From assembly GCA_030704615.1 (NCBI GenBank), contig CM060731.1, positions 69,440,001-69,504,000 on the forward strand: a stretch of 64,000 nucleotides of DNA, written 5' to 3'. Position 1 is the first letter of the stretch. Every line of letters begins with the position of its first letter. The notes under the pieces are model-generated. The model was not told the DNA's origin and did not search any database. It saw only the letters and a list, made by a program, of their open reading frames with translations. This stretch comes from Takakia lepidozioides. Taxonomy: Eukaryota; Plantae; Bryophyta. Both the position numbers and the translations under genes were made by a program. Of this stretch, positions 38,731 through 50,371 are shown in pieces.

Positions 38731-39306
38731 CTACTCGATATTGCCAATGTCTCGCTGCAAAAGTGTCTGTACCCCACCAGGACCTAGTGTCGCCTGGTGA
38801 ATGATTTGGTCTCTTTCGGGATCACAATACATCCTGCGCAAAAAGATGTAGTAAATATGCTTGCAGGGAACCCATTTCCCTCTCTTTCCTAGAGCTTCCT
38901 CACGCATGCACACGAAGTCGAGACAAGTACACCCCGGAAAATTTCCCACCGTCACCTGATAGGCCCTGTCGTGCAAAACAGACCCAGATGTGACCTAAGT
39001 ATAAACCCGTCCATACCCAGGTAAATGTACTTCCATAGTTCCTGTTACCTGAGCCTGAAGTAGTCTGGCCGATTCCACCTTCGCATCGTGATCAGGCCCC
39101 GAAGCCACCCGATGCACTGTTTTGCCATTCCTTCTCGTGGGATGCGAAGTATCGTCTGGAGGAGGCACCATAGCAGCAAGGCCACCAAGAGTCAACGCCA
39201 CAGATCGGTGCAAACGAAAGCCGACATCCTCCAACTTGTCAATCTCCAGTTCGTCAATGATCATCCTGAAATCATGATCATGAAAAAATTGAGTGTGTTG
39301 ACGCAC
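38731..39306 (-). pseudogene. SWIM zinc-finger protein fragment (MULE-associated)
   Basis: YQVTVGNFPGCTCLDF..KWVPCKHIYYIF fits CxC-xn-CxH; two ORFs in the same frame separated by one stop at ~38995. Confidence 0.8.
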
Positions 39307-39524
39307 TCAGTTCTCGGGGGGGGGGGGGAGGGGGGTTTGCCCCAAAATCCGCCGGGTACCTAGGGTGAAAATCCAGACCCGCACCTCTCGTCGATGATCA
39401 TCCTGAAATCATGATCATGAAGAAATTGAGTACATTGACGCACTCAGTTCTCCCCGGGGGGGGGGGGGAACCAAAAATAAAAATAAAAATAAAAATATAT
39501 TTTGGGTATCATACAATCTGTCAC

Positions 39525-40443
39525 GATGAGATGTTGCCGGGAGCTGGCAAGCTACTTGAAAGCCTCGGGGATGCGGATTATCAAGACCTGGAACTGTGTC
39601 AACAGCCTATATCTGATGAAGGGGGATTGCCCAGGGCAGAAGGTGGGTTTCAAATACTTTGTTTTTATGCCTTCTCTGTTGAAGTTCCACTGTACTGACT
39701 CTTATGAAGTCATGTTGTTCGCACTGCCTGAATTGAGTGCTTCAGCGCACTCAGTTATGGCGGTGCATGAGCAATGACTCTGAACCAGTTCCATCCGGAA
39801 TGGGTCTGCACTCCCACCCAGATGTGCTATGAAACATTCATCACTAATTATTGCCCTCTTCATCGCAGACCCGTCTATTTGAGGTCCTGTGTCTCGTGAG
39901 GGTACATCCACTGTTGACTCCCACCACAGTGGTGGAGTTCGAGCTTCATGGGGGAGGATGTTTCATAAACGAGAGGTTCAATCCTGTCATCGACGACATG
40001 CACTACAACTATGTCGACTCCAACGTATGTTTGCGAAAGCCAAAGGGAACTCCTTGGAGAGGGGCCCGTGAAAAAAACCCGGCTTTTATCCAAACGATCA
40101 TTGAGAGTTGTTCTCGGCCAGGGGCCCGCATCATAGATCTCACTCTCGGCACAGGTTTCTCTTCTTGCCTTTGTCATCGATTTCTTTTCTTCTGCACCTT
40201 CTTTACTCAATATTCTAAAACTCTAATTCCTTCAATCTGTCTCTTGCAGGCGTTTTTTACCATGTTTGCAAGGCAGGTGGCAGGCACTTGTTTGGTATGG
40301 AAGGAGATGCAAATATTTTCACTGGCCTCCTTGCCGAGTTGCAAGGGGGCGCGTCTACCTCCAATGTCAAGGATGTCACTGCGCAAATTGATATCCTCGA
40401 CGGAGACGACAAGGACCTGGACAATGACTTTTCATGTGAATAA
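39525..40443 (+). pseudogene. Spliced beta-class N6-adenine/N4-cytosine DNA methyltransferase-like ORF, 5'-truncated
   Basis: Exons ~39525-39642, 39869-40154 and 40250-40443 join in frame through GT-AG introns: ..YLKASGMRIIKTWNCVN..|TRLFEVLCLVR..WRGAREKNPAFIQTIIESCSRPGARIIDLTLGT|GVFYHVCKAGGRHLFGMEGDANIF, resembling motifs X-I-II. Confidence 0.72.
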
Positions 40444-42178
40444 GTTCATTTTCTGTCTATTTGATCCATGTGTATATGCTTTGTCACGTCCCCTTCTGTT
40501 GTCTGATTGTTACCCAAATGGTGCATTTCTGATTGCAGGAATGTGAACGCACTCCCGTGGCCCCTGTCTTCCATAAACTTGAGGGACTTGTGCTGGAGCC
40601 CACCTCCTAATTATGTCCTTCCCGATTACGCGGAAAGCATTGCTCGTGTGCAAGCAGCTGTGCTTTCTCCCTTACCCTTGCGTTGGAGTTCCAGGAAGAC
40701 GCTCAGGCACCTCCGCGCAAAGGTCTTCATAGATGATAGTGCAGCAGTTTCAAGTTGTAGCAGTACTTCTAGGAGTTCAGCAGATTCAGGTGGTAGCAGT
40801 AGCAGTGTTGACACCACCTACGGATGTACTCGAGGGCATTCATTTATGGAACATGAGGGCACTCTCCGTTTTCCGTTGCACCATTATTTCTCTTCCCACC
40901 ATCCGTTGTAATGAGCACGGACTACAATGAAATTCACATCCCTGAATTGAAACATTCTCTCCCCCGCGTCCTGCGAATTTGAAAGTGTTTTCCTTCTAAA
41001 CATTGCTCTCCAATTCAACCGTGTGCATTCAATAAAACTTTTTCAACAGAGATGAATATGTGCATAGTCCAGTAGACAGTCATTCGACATATACCATCAC
41101 ACCAATATTTGGTTGGATGGATGGAGGATGAATGTTTTTGGATGGTAAACCCCGATTGGATGTACATTGTGGATGAATGTTGCATGCATGGATGGTCCCA
41201 TGGATGATGTCAGTGCGCAGTATCATGCACAGGGGCGGGATGGCAAGGTTCACTGTCGGGGTTGAGGTGGGTCCCTAAGGCTGACAAGGGTTAGGGTTTC
41301 TGTTTGGGGTTGCAGGGTTAATATGGATGAAGATGTGTTTCTGCGGTAATGGAAATAGACGCCGCATCTTTCCCAAAATCATGCCACGTGTCCTGGGCTC
41401 ACATGGCTAGGCTCACACTCTAGCATCCCCCAAGAGGGGGAAGCAAATTCAAGAGGGGAGCTTGAGGATGGCGTTGCCATGGTGGCAGATTACAGTTCGC
41501 CGGAAACTTAACTCTATAGGCACAAGCACAAGATAGAGAGATACATGTCTCAAAATTGGTGGACAATGGAAACTTTGAAAGTAGACCAACAATGTTCTTT
41601 GGACCTGTGGAAGTTTCATAGGGGAACTGATTTCTTTGACAATGGCAATGGTGTCTGTTCATTCTGAGGTCATGAAGTCATCTCTCATTATTCAACTTGT
41701 GGTGTAGTTAACAATTCAACACAAATTGGACAACATTGTTTGGACCCACGGTGGTTTCATTAGGGAATGCCCTCTTTCAAAACGACATGTTGTCCATCCC
41801 TGCATCTTCATTGTATATAAGGCCGGTCTTCTTGTACATCATCCAGTTTATGAGGGTGAGGTTGACAAAGTTAGACCAAGTTTGGACTTCCGACATTATT
41901 TTGAACAATTCTTAAGATCAACATGCTCTAGAAAGTTGTATGTACTCAAGGCAGTTGTGTGGGCAGCAGTGCTGAGGCATGTGATTGATGTTAGCACTTA
42001 CCTGGTATGGCTGTGTGTCTGGTGGGGTCCTACATAATTCTTTTCACTGTCATTCCTATGTTTACTAAGGCTCTTATGTGCTATTCTCATTCCTGTCATT
42101 ACAGTATTGTTTTAACCTGGGCAGAGAGCTATTCACACCTGATCCTCCCAAACAGAATTATAGTAGGTACACAACGTA

Positions 42179-42356
42179 TTTCTCTCCTTCTCTCCTATTC
42201 CGCTCAAACAAGGCTATGGCAAGCAAACAACGTCTCTCTCTCCTTCTTTCCTGTTCCTCTCAAACAAGGCTTTGCTTGTAATGTCTCTCTCTCCTTCTCT
42301 CCTGTTCCGCTCAAACAAGGCTTTGCTTGCAATGTCTCTCTCTCCTTCTCTCCTGC
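42179..42356. repeat. ~51-54-bp tandem repeat, about 3 copies
   Basis: Unit tctctctccttctctcctgttccgctcaaacaaggctttgcttgcaatg. Confidence 0.8.
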
Positions 42357-44181
42357 AGTTCAAGAAGTTCAAGAAAATCAAGAACACTGAGTGCCATCTG
42401 ATGGTTCTGGGGTCAAATCCTGCTATTTAGATGCCTTTGTGATGAGGTTGTTGTGGAAGAGGTTATTTTCTCCTATCACTATTAAGAGGCTTGATTTGTG
42501 AGCTGTCGCTCTCAGGTGGTTTTAAGAACTATCATCAAGCTCTGTCGTAGGTTGGTCGAATTGTAGGGATGAAGATAATAAAAGCCTAAACCACCAACTT
42601 CCGGGGGCGATTCGGAGGTAAGACCAATTGGTCGCAGAGCGAAGTAAATTGAAGGTGGTCAGTTACTAATTATCCACTATTTTACATCTGGATACCTTGT
42701 AACAGCCTGTAAATCCATAGTTTACTTTTGCATTACCTATTGCTTTTTGGTGTTGTTGAGGCTATTCATTGATGTGAGTAGGTCCACCTCCTCTCCTCTC
42801 TAATTCATCTGACCCCGTAAATGCAAAAGCAAACATATAATACTACAGTCCCACTAATTGAGATCTAGACAAGTTATACTGTACATGGTTCAATTGTTTT
42901 TCTAGAGACAGACAGACACACCTTTCTTGCCTAATTTCCAGTAGCTCCCTTCCCAATACTTCCTTGTGCTTGGCCACAAAGCGAAGATGGAAGCTTTGCA
43001 CCTATGGGAAGGTTTCTCTTTATCGTGACATGACGTGTTTGTTGAAATAGTCTTACTGTTAGTAGTCCTTAGCACTTCAACTTGCTGACAATTTTCGTCT
43101 CGTCTTGTACAGACGTTGAAGGACCATCAAGAATCTATTGTCATTACTTGCGTTTACACACAGACATTGTAAGAATTAACTTGGAGAGGTACTCCCTGAT
43201 GGTCCCGACCACTCTCGCTAGTTTTTGCATTTTTTGAATTCTTTAATGGCAGACTTGTATTGCACATAGTCATATTAGACACATGCGAATATCTTTGTAG
43301 AGCTCAATACATTGTTACAAGCATTTCTGAAACTCAATTAAACACAACATAACTCACCATAACTTAAGCTTAAGAACAAACAATATTCAGCTATACAAAT
43401 TATCCTTCCTTAATCAGATTTTTTTGGTGTTTTAATGTCAAAGGTTTGAAAGCTTAAGTAACCTTAGCATTGCCACCCTCGACAAAGGTCCCAGCTGTGA
43501 ACAGCAAGTCCTGGTATACTTGGATAGTATAGGCTTCTTCGATTGCATCAACTTTAACCCTCCCTGTATTGTCATTATCGCACCTGTCACTACATTTATT
43601 TCCTGTCACAGTAAATTGATGAAGGCCTGTGAGTGCAAAATCACACTGGATCAACACTCAATCGGAAATTGCCCAGTGTTTGTGAGCAGGGGGATAACAG
43701 CCCTACATCTGGTATCTTAGGGTGTCTAGTATTAGGCATGTGATCATGGAACATGCTTAAGAAAATATATTAGGGCTTGATCAGAGGTCTAGTCTGTTGT
43801 CAGGGCCCAGGCCTGCACAAACAAGTCACAACTTAGTCCGTAGCAATTTATTTATGAATCTATGCACTCAACAATGCATTCTTTTATCTTTCTCCATCAG
43901 CCCCGAGAAAGGTGCAGGAAACACTCTTTCGCATTCGAAACCACGCTGAATCCACCATACCCAAGGGCACATAGTGCCCAACAATCACAAGGATAGCTAA
44001 TACCAACATTCATAGCAACAGAAAATGACTACATCTTCTCATTCTCAACATTACCATGATAATCTATCTCATTTGCGATAGAAATGAACAGAGAGCATAC
44101 CCAAATTTTTCTATCTTTAGAGCCAATGTAAAGAGTTCCCCCCACCAAAGCCAGGGTGGTGACTTTGTTCCCACATTTTTC

Positions 44182-44610
44182 TCATCTTGGCAGTATCGTG
44201 CCGCCTGCCAGCCTTGATAGTAACACATAAATAGAAGCATCCTGTGGATCCCATTTAGAAAGGCATTTTGCTGCACTTTTTGCCACTTCCACATTGCCAT
44301 GAATTCTGCAAGCACCAAGCAAGGTCTGCCACACTGAAGCAGCTGGTTCGATTGGCATTTTGTTCATGAAGTCCTTTGCCACCTCCACTCGACCCGCGCG
44401 GCCAAAAAGGTCCACCATGCAGCCAAAATGCTTCCACGACACCACATCTCATTCAACCATATTGTCAAAACTCCCTTTGCATCCTCAATGCACCCACATT
44501 TCACATACATGTCCACCAGGGCAGTGTCCAGAATGACATTTGGTACAATTCCATGTGGTCGGGCTTCACCCTTTCCCCCAGGCCTCCATCCCATGCCCCT
44601 GCTCATCCTG
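44182..44610 (-). pseudogene. PPR/E-domain pseudogene (CACTA-free paralogue)
   Basis: GIVPNVILDTALVDMYVKCGCIEDAKG is uninterrupted; HFGCMVDLFGRAG..VWQTLLGACRIHGN. Confidence 0.9.
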
Positions 44611-45143
44611 CAAGCATGGCGTTCCATGACACCAAATCTGCTTAGCCGGTCCATACCAATGAGGGCTTAATGTGATGGCATGGCTTTGACTTCATTATTT
44701 GCCTCCATGACTGGCCAGCCACAATTCTTGTCTGTTTATGTCCCAGAATGAACACAACTGGGGCCCATAGCAGTGTTGGAGGGTGACCACCTACCTGACA
44801 GATTGTGTTCATCATTAACTGTAGAATTGCAAGGGATAGCATCCCAACCATTGTTGACAGGAACAGAATGTATGGGTGAGGAAGGGAAGGCATCCCATCC
44901 GGTGTTTTGGACTTCCCCTTTATTAATCCATGCACATTCGGGACTGTGAGCAGTAGAATCCCCAGTGTTCAGCCACCCTCTGTTAATGTTTTTTGTTGAA
45001 TCTGTCAAACCCTCATCTGATCCTCCAGCCCTCTCTGGCAATACATGATGGTCAAGACTCTGAGGAAATGGTGGATGGTCTGAGTAGCTACACAGATCAA
45101 TGAATGAAGCAAGACACTTGCATGTTGGCAAGAAAACATCCTT

Positions 45144-45360
45144 TCACCAGTAATCACCACAAGAACAAATCCCATCTTCAATGTGGTGAAAGCGGTTAGC
45201 GTCCCATACAACAATTGCTCGACCAACAATCTTTGAGATGAATTTGGTGGAAGTGTGGCAGTCACCACACACTCGAAGATTCTTGATGAGACGAAGAGGC
45301 GTCCTAGGGATTGTGCAGATCAGCCCAAAACCAATGGCCAGCTTCTCACTGTGGTGGCAA
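45144..45360 (-). pseudogene. C-terminal half of a DYW deaminase domain
   Basis: The reverse strand reads [38 protein letters not shown]. It is joined upstream directly to a PPR motif, with E/PG-box deleted. Confidence 0.88.
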
Positions 45361-46021
45361 AGAGAACTTGTCTTCCGTCATTCAGTAGGCCAGTGTGGCT
45401 GCATGCAGAGAGAACACATATAAAGGCTGTCCAGCTTCAAGCCGTTCTTTTGCATTCCTTCAAATAGTTGCAGGACCTCCCTATGACAACATTTGCTCAT
45501 AGGTCTCCAAAGCCTCCACCCCACGTCCCTGCTGTGCATACCCTGCAAGCATCGTGCTCCACGACACCACATCTCGTTCAGCCATATTGTTGAAAACTCC
45601 CGTTGCATCCTTAATACACCCACATTTGGCATACATGTCCACCAGGGCAGTGTTCAGAATAACATCTGGTACACCCTTGCTGTGTATATCCTGCAATCAT
45701 CGCACTCCACGACACAACATCTCGTTCAGCCATACTGTCGAACACTCCCTTCATACATGTCCACAAGGGTATTGTTCTGAATGACATTTTGTACAATTGC
45801 AGGTCTGACAATGCATCCATTTGGCATACCTGTCCACCAGGGCAGTGTTCAGAATGACATCTGGTACAATTCCAGCTTTGACGATGTCACCACGGACCTC
45901 TTTCCCCTTTTCCAGAGCTCCCAAGCTTGCACACGCATTGCAAACACAAACAAATGTGATGTGGTTGGGCTTCGCCCCTTCGCGCAACATTTGCTCCTAG
46001 ATCTCCAAGCCTCCATCCCGC
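45361..46021 (-). pseudogene. PLS PPR repeats, minus-strand arm
   Basis: L/S/P motifs in ORFs 45751-45990 and 45481-45696; frameshifted. Confidence 0.88.
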
Positions 46022-46025
46022 AGGC

Positions 46026-48308
46026 GCGGGATGGAGGCTTTGGAGACCTATGAGCAAATGATGGTGGAAGGGATGAAGCCCGACCACATCACGTCTGTGC
46101 GTTTGCAAGCCTGGAAGCCCTGCAAAAGGGCAAAGAGGTGCATGGTTGCATCACAAAAGCAGGAATAGTACCAGATGTGATTGTCAACAATACCCTCGTG
46201 GACATGTATGCAAAATGTGGGTGCATCGAAGATGCGGAGGGAGTGTTTGACAGTATGGCTGAACGAGATTTGGTGTCGTGAAGTGCGATGACTGCAGGGT
46301 ATGCACAACAAGGGCGCAGGATGGAGGCTTTGGACACCTATGAGCAAATGATGGGGGAAGGGGTGAACCCCGACCACATCACGTTTGTTTCCATTTGCAA
46401 TGCTTGTGCAAGCCTGGCAGCCCTGGAAGAGGGCAAAGAGGTCCGTGGTGACATCGTCAAAGCTGGAATTGTACCAGATGTCATTCTGAACACTGCCCTG
46501 GTGGACAGGTATGCCAAATGTGGGTGCATTTTCAGACCTTCAATTGTACAAAATGTCATTCAGAACAATACCCTTGTGGACATGTATGAAGGGAGTGTTC
46601 GACAGTATGGCTGAACGAGATGTTGTGTCGTGAAGTGCGATGACTGCAGGGTATGCACAACAAGGGCGCAGGATGGAGGCTTTGGACACCTATGAGCAAA
46701 TGATGGGGGAAGGGGTGAACCCCGACCACATCACGTTTGTTTCCATTTGCAATGCTTGTGCAAGCCTGGCAGCCCTGGAAGAGGGCAAAGAGGTCTGTGG
46801 TGACATCGTCAAAGCTGGAATTGTACCAGATGTCATTCTGAACACTGCCCTCGCGGACATGTATGCCAAATGTAGGTGCATTGTCAGACCTGCAATTGTA
46901 CAAAATGTCATTCAGAACAATACCCTTGTGGACATGTATGAAGGGAGTGTTCGACAGTATGGCTGAACGAGATGTTGTGTCATGGAGTGCGATAATTGCA
47001 GGATATGCACAGCAAGGGTGCAGGATGGACGCTTTGGAGATCTAGGAGCAAATGTTGCGCGAAGGGACGAAGCCCAACCACATCACATTTGTTTGTGTTT
47101 GCAATGCATGTGCAAGCCTGGGAGCTCTGGAAAAGGGGAAAGAGGTCCGTGGTGACATCGTCAAAGCTAGAATTGTACCTGATGTCATCCTGAACACTAC
47201 CCTGGTGGACATGTATGCCAAATGTGGGTGCATTAAGGATGCGAAGGGAGTTAATTTCAACACCATGGCTGAACGAGATGTGGTGTGCGATGCTTGCAGG
47301 GGTATGCACAGCAGGGGTGTGGGATAGAGGCTTTGGAGACCTATGAGCAAATGATGGGGGAAGGGGTGAAGCCACATCACGTTTGTGTGCGTTTGCAGTT
47401 CGTGTGCAAGCCTGGCAGCCCTGGAAAAGGGCAAAGAGGTGCATGGTTGCATCGCCAAAGCTGGAATTGTACCAGATGTGATTATGAACAATACCCTCGT
47501 GGACATGTATGCCAAATGTGGGTGCATCAAGGATGCGGATGAAGTGTTCAACAGTATGGCTGAACGAGATTTGGTGTCATGGAATGCCATGCTTGCAGGA
47601 TATGCACACCAGGGGCGCGGGATGGAGGCCTTGGAGACCTATGAGCAGATGATGGGCAAGGGGTGAAGTCCGACCACATCACGTTTGTGTGCGTTTGCAA
47701 TGCTTGTGTAAGCCTGACAGCCCTGGAAAAGGGCAAAGGGTGCATGGTGACATCATCAAAGCTGGAATTGTACCAAATGTCATTCTGGACACTGCCCTGG
47801 TGGACATGTATGCGAAATGTGGGTGCATTGAGGATGCAAAGGGAGTATTTGACAATGTGGCTGAATGGAATGTGGTGTCGTGGAATCCGATGATCGCAGG
47901 ATATGCCCAGCAGGTTGTCATAGGGAGGTCCTGCAACTATTTGAAGGAATGCAAAAGAATGGCTTGAAGCTGGACAATATCACCTTTATATGTGTTCTCT
48001 TTGCATGCAGCCACACTGGCCTACTGAATAAAGGAAGACGGTACTTCGATTCCCTGAGTCAACATCATGGTGTCACCTTGCTAGTAAAGCACTTTGGCTG
48101 CATATATGGTGGACCTTCTGGACGTGCGGGACAACTACATGAGGCAAGGTACCTGACTAATAAAATACGAATCAATCCAGATGTTGTGGTGTGGAAGGCC
48201 TTGCTTGGTGCCTGCAGAATCCATGGCAATGTGGAGATGGCTGAATGTGTGGCAACATCTATCCTCAAGTGGGATGAACAAGATGCCGCGACTTATGTGT
48301 TGCTATAA
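46026..48308 (+). pseudogene. PLS-E PPR pseudogene, plus-strand arm, with a 352-bp tandem duplication
   Basis: Repeated P-L-S triplets; ORFs 46288-46614 and 46640-46966 are near-identical and 352 bp apart; ends in E domain ..QDAATYVLL. Confidence 0.92.
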
Positions 48309-49017
48309 TTCTGGGTTTGGGTGGTGGAGCTTCTCCAAAGCTTGAAGATGGAAGTGCATACGAATTTTAATGAGCTTGATGAGAGGGGCAGCCCTGTGCA
48401 CAAGTTTGTTTAGCATCTTAAATTTGGACATGTTTGTTTGTTTCTCGTGGTGTGGCTTTGGATGGAGCCCTTGACGAACTTGCATGAATATTGTCAAAAG
48501 CTAGCCTTAACCCACCAAGATCCAATCCCACGGTGGATGATTGAAAGTTCATACAGTGAATGTAAGGGTATTTGGGTATGTTGTTATTGATTGATGCGGC
48601 TTGTGAAAATTGAATGTTGAAATGCAGATCCGCCATTTTTCTTCTAGTAAAAAAACAAAACACGGGATCTCTGCATGTAACACCGTGGGGATGACCCAGC
48701 CCTATTTTTGTGAAAAATTGAACATATTTCTCAGAATTCGTCGCTAGTAGTGCGGAGCAAGCCTTAGTACTTAAGAATCCAAGTGGGTTGCAAGCTGTTG
48801 TGGGTAGCATGATGGTAAGGTTATAGTGTTGCAGGTGGTGAGGTTGAGGGTTCGATTCTTGATGGGAGGCGCTTAGTGTAACCTTGGTTGGTGTAACCCT
48901 GGTAGTGTAACCCTCTGTAACCCCGGTTTCTCATGTAACTCTGGTTAGTCCATTTTATACATAACCAAATTTCGAGACCAAGTGTGAGTTACACCGAGAG
49001 GAGTTACACTCCATTCT

Positions 49018-49165
49018 GTGTAACCCCGAGTGGAGTTACACACCTCGTCGTGTAACCTGATGTAACCCCAAGTGGAGTTACACACCTCGTCGTGTAACCT
49101 GATGTAACCCCAAGTGGAGTTACACACCTCGTCGTGTAACCCAGTGTAACCCCAAGTGGAGTTTC
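49018..49165. repeat. 42-bp tandem repeat with internal palindrome (gtgtaac..gttacac), about 3.5 copies
   Basis: gtgtaacctgatgtaaccccaagtggagttacacacctcgtc repeated, with further gtaac motifs at 48878-49010. Confidence 0.85.
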
Positions 49166-50371
49166 AGTTCCATGTCACTCTCAAGAGAGGGTGGGGAAGA
49201 TTTGACATGCCGTAAACCGGCGTACCATCCTATCAGAGGTTGCATGTGTGCATTAAGTTCTTACATTATTCCTATTATCTTCCTTTTTTAAATTAGGCAC
49301 TCTTGTCAAAAATAATTTATTTTGATTTGGCACTTTATTTTCGAATTAATTTCTGCCTAACCGGCTATCCCACTACGGTAGTTCACGCGGGAAAAAGTGC
49401 CAATACCTATGACCGTGGTTCTTCACCTTCGCTCTGCAGTTTCCCGCGCTGTGGCTTGTGTGGTATGTGTTGTGTGTGGGACCAAATTGGGGCTCCGAGC
49501 ACAGCTTGTTAGGGCTCAAGCTCAGCAGCATGGCCATTCCAAGCGATGAATCCCAGTGATCTTTTAGCAAGTGAGTCTCTCTTCTCTCTCTAGTGTCTTG
49601 TTAGGGAAGAAATGCTTGGCAGCTACCTTCGCGAGGGGGTTCGTCTTCGTGCAGGGTCTCTGGTTGTTTCCAGTCTCGTGTGTTATGGCCTACATGTCAC
49701 AGTGGAACCAGGCATGTAGAAAATTGTACTATTAAGTTAATTTCACACCTCTCTGACTGCGGTTTAGCTGAAATTTAAATTGAATTAGAAGTTGTTGAAC
49801 ACTTGGAAGGATAATGACAGAAGGTCTATGTGATACACTCAAGTGTTACCAAGGAAACATAGTAGGATTAGTTTTTCCTAGCTTTTGTAGTGACAGAATC
49901 GAGCGAAGGCTGACAGGGAAGCTGAATGATACCACGAGATTGCTGATAGCCACATTTATTTATCAAATGCAGTCAGCCTGGATATATGTAACCTTCAATT
50001 GCATCTTTGCTAAATTTGTGTTGAATCATCTGTAGAAATCCCTGCATACCAGAATGTCTCTGCACTGGCACTGCCGCGAGGAGGTTACCGCCGCAAGGTC
50101 CAAAGTTAGGATATAGGAGGGTGAGCAGTACGAGCTGAAAGGCTGGCTGCGTTATTCGCCTTTGGCCATAGGGGCAGGATTTGCAGTAATAGGGTGTGGA
50201 TTGAATAGAAGAGATGGCTGTCTTCCTGTCTTTCTCCAATGATGGTTGTAGATGATCTCTGTATCTTCTTTCTATCCGTGTAGCATATTAGGAAATGTGC
50301 ATAATTTGATATGTCAAGCTGCTTCATGACAAAACCTTTTTCTTACAGGAAAGCAGAGAATCCATTAAATC

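Larger units (their letters stand above)
36903..41431. mobile_element. Mutator-like element (non-autonomous derivative) carrying SWIM and DNA amino-methyltransferase-like ORFs
   Basis: 9-bp TSD AAGAGGGGG at 36894-36902 and 41432-41440; gapless imperfect TIRs gagtgcagctacggcgtgagcctagccgcgtgagccc / rc gggggatgctagagtgtgagcctagccatgtgagccc. Excision restores the host reading frame. Confidence 0.85.
36182..41510 (+). pseudogene. DPB4/NF-YB11-like histone-fold gene, 3' exons; last exon split by the MULE
   Basis: Exon ANEICRESKRQTINVEDELKAVEELDLTEFCEPLRAALA|G (to 36301) and exon FRKDNESKK..DTKEG (from ~36830), continuing EANSRGELED..PET* after 41440. No 5' exon was recognised. Confidence 0.75.

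Noticed and set aside
40585-40615. DLCWSPPPNY as the catalytic SPPY motif IV of the MTase
   Set aside because: The spacing is wrong and it lies C-terminal to motif I, whereas the other motifs indicate beta order with motif IV N-terminal; probably coincidental.
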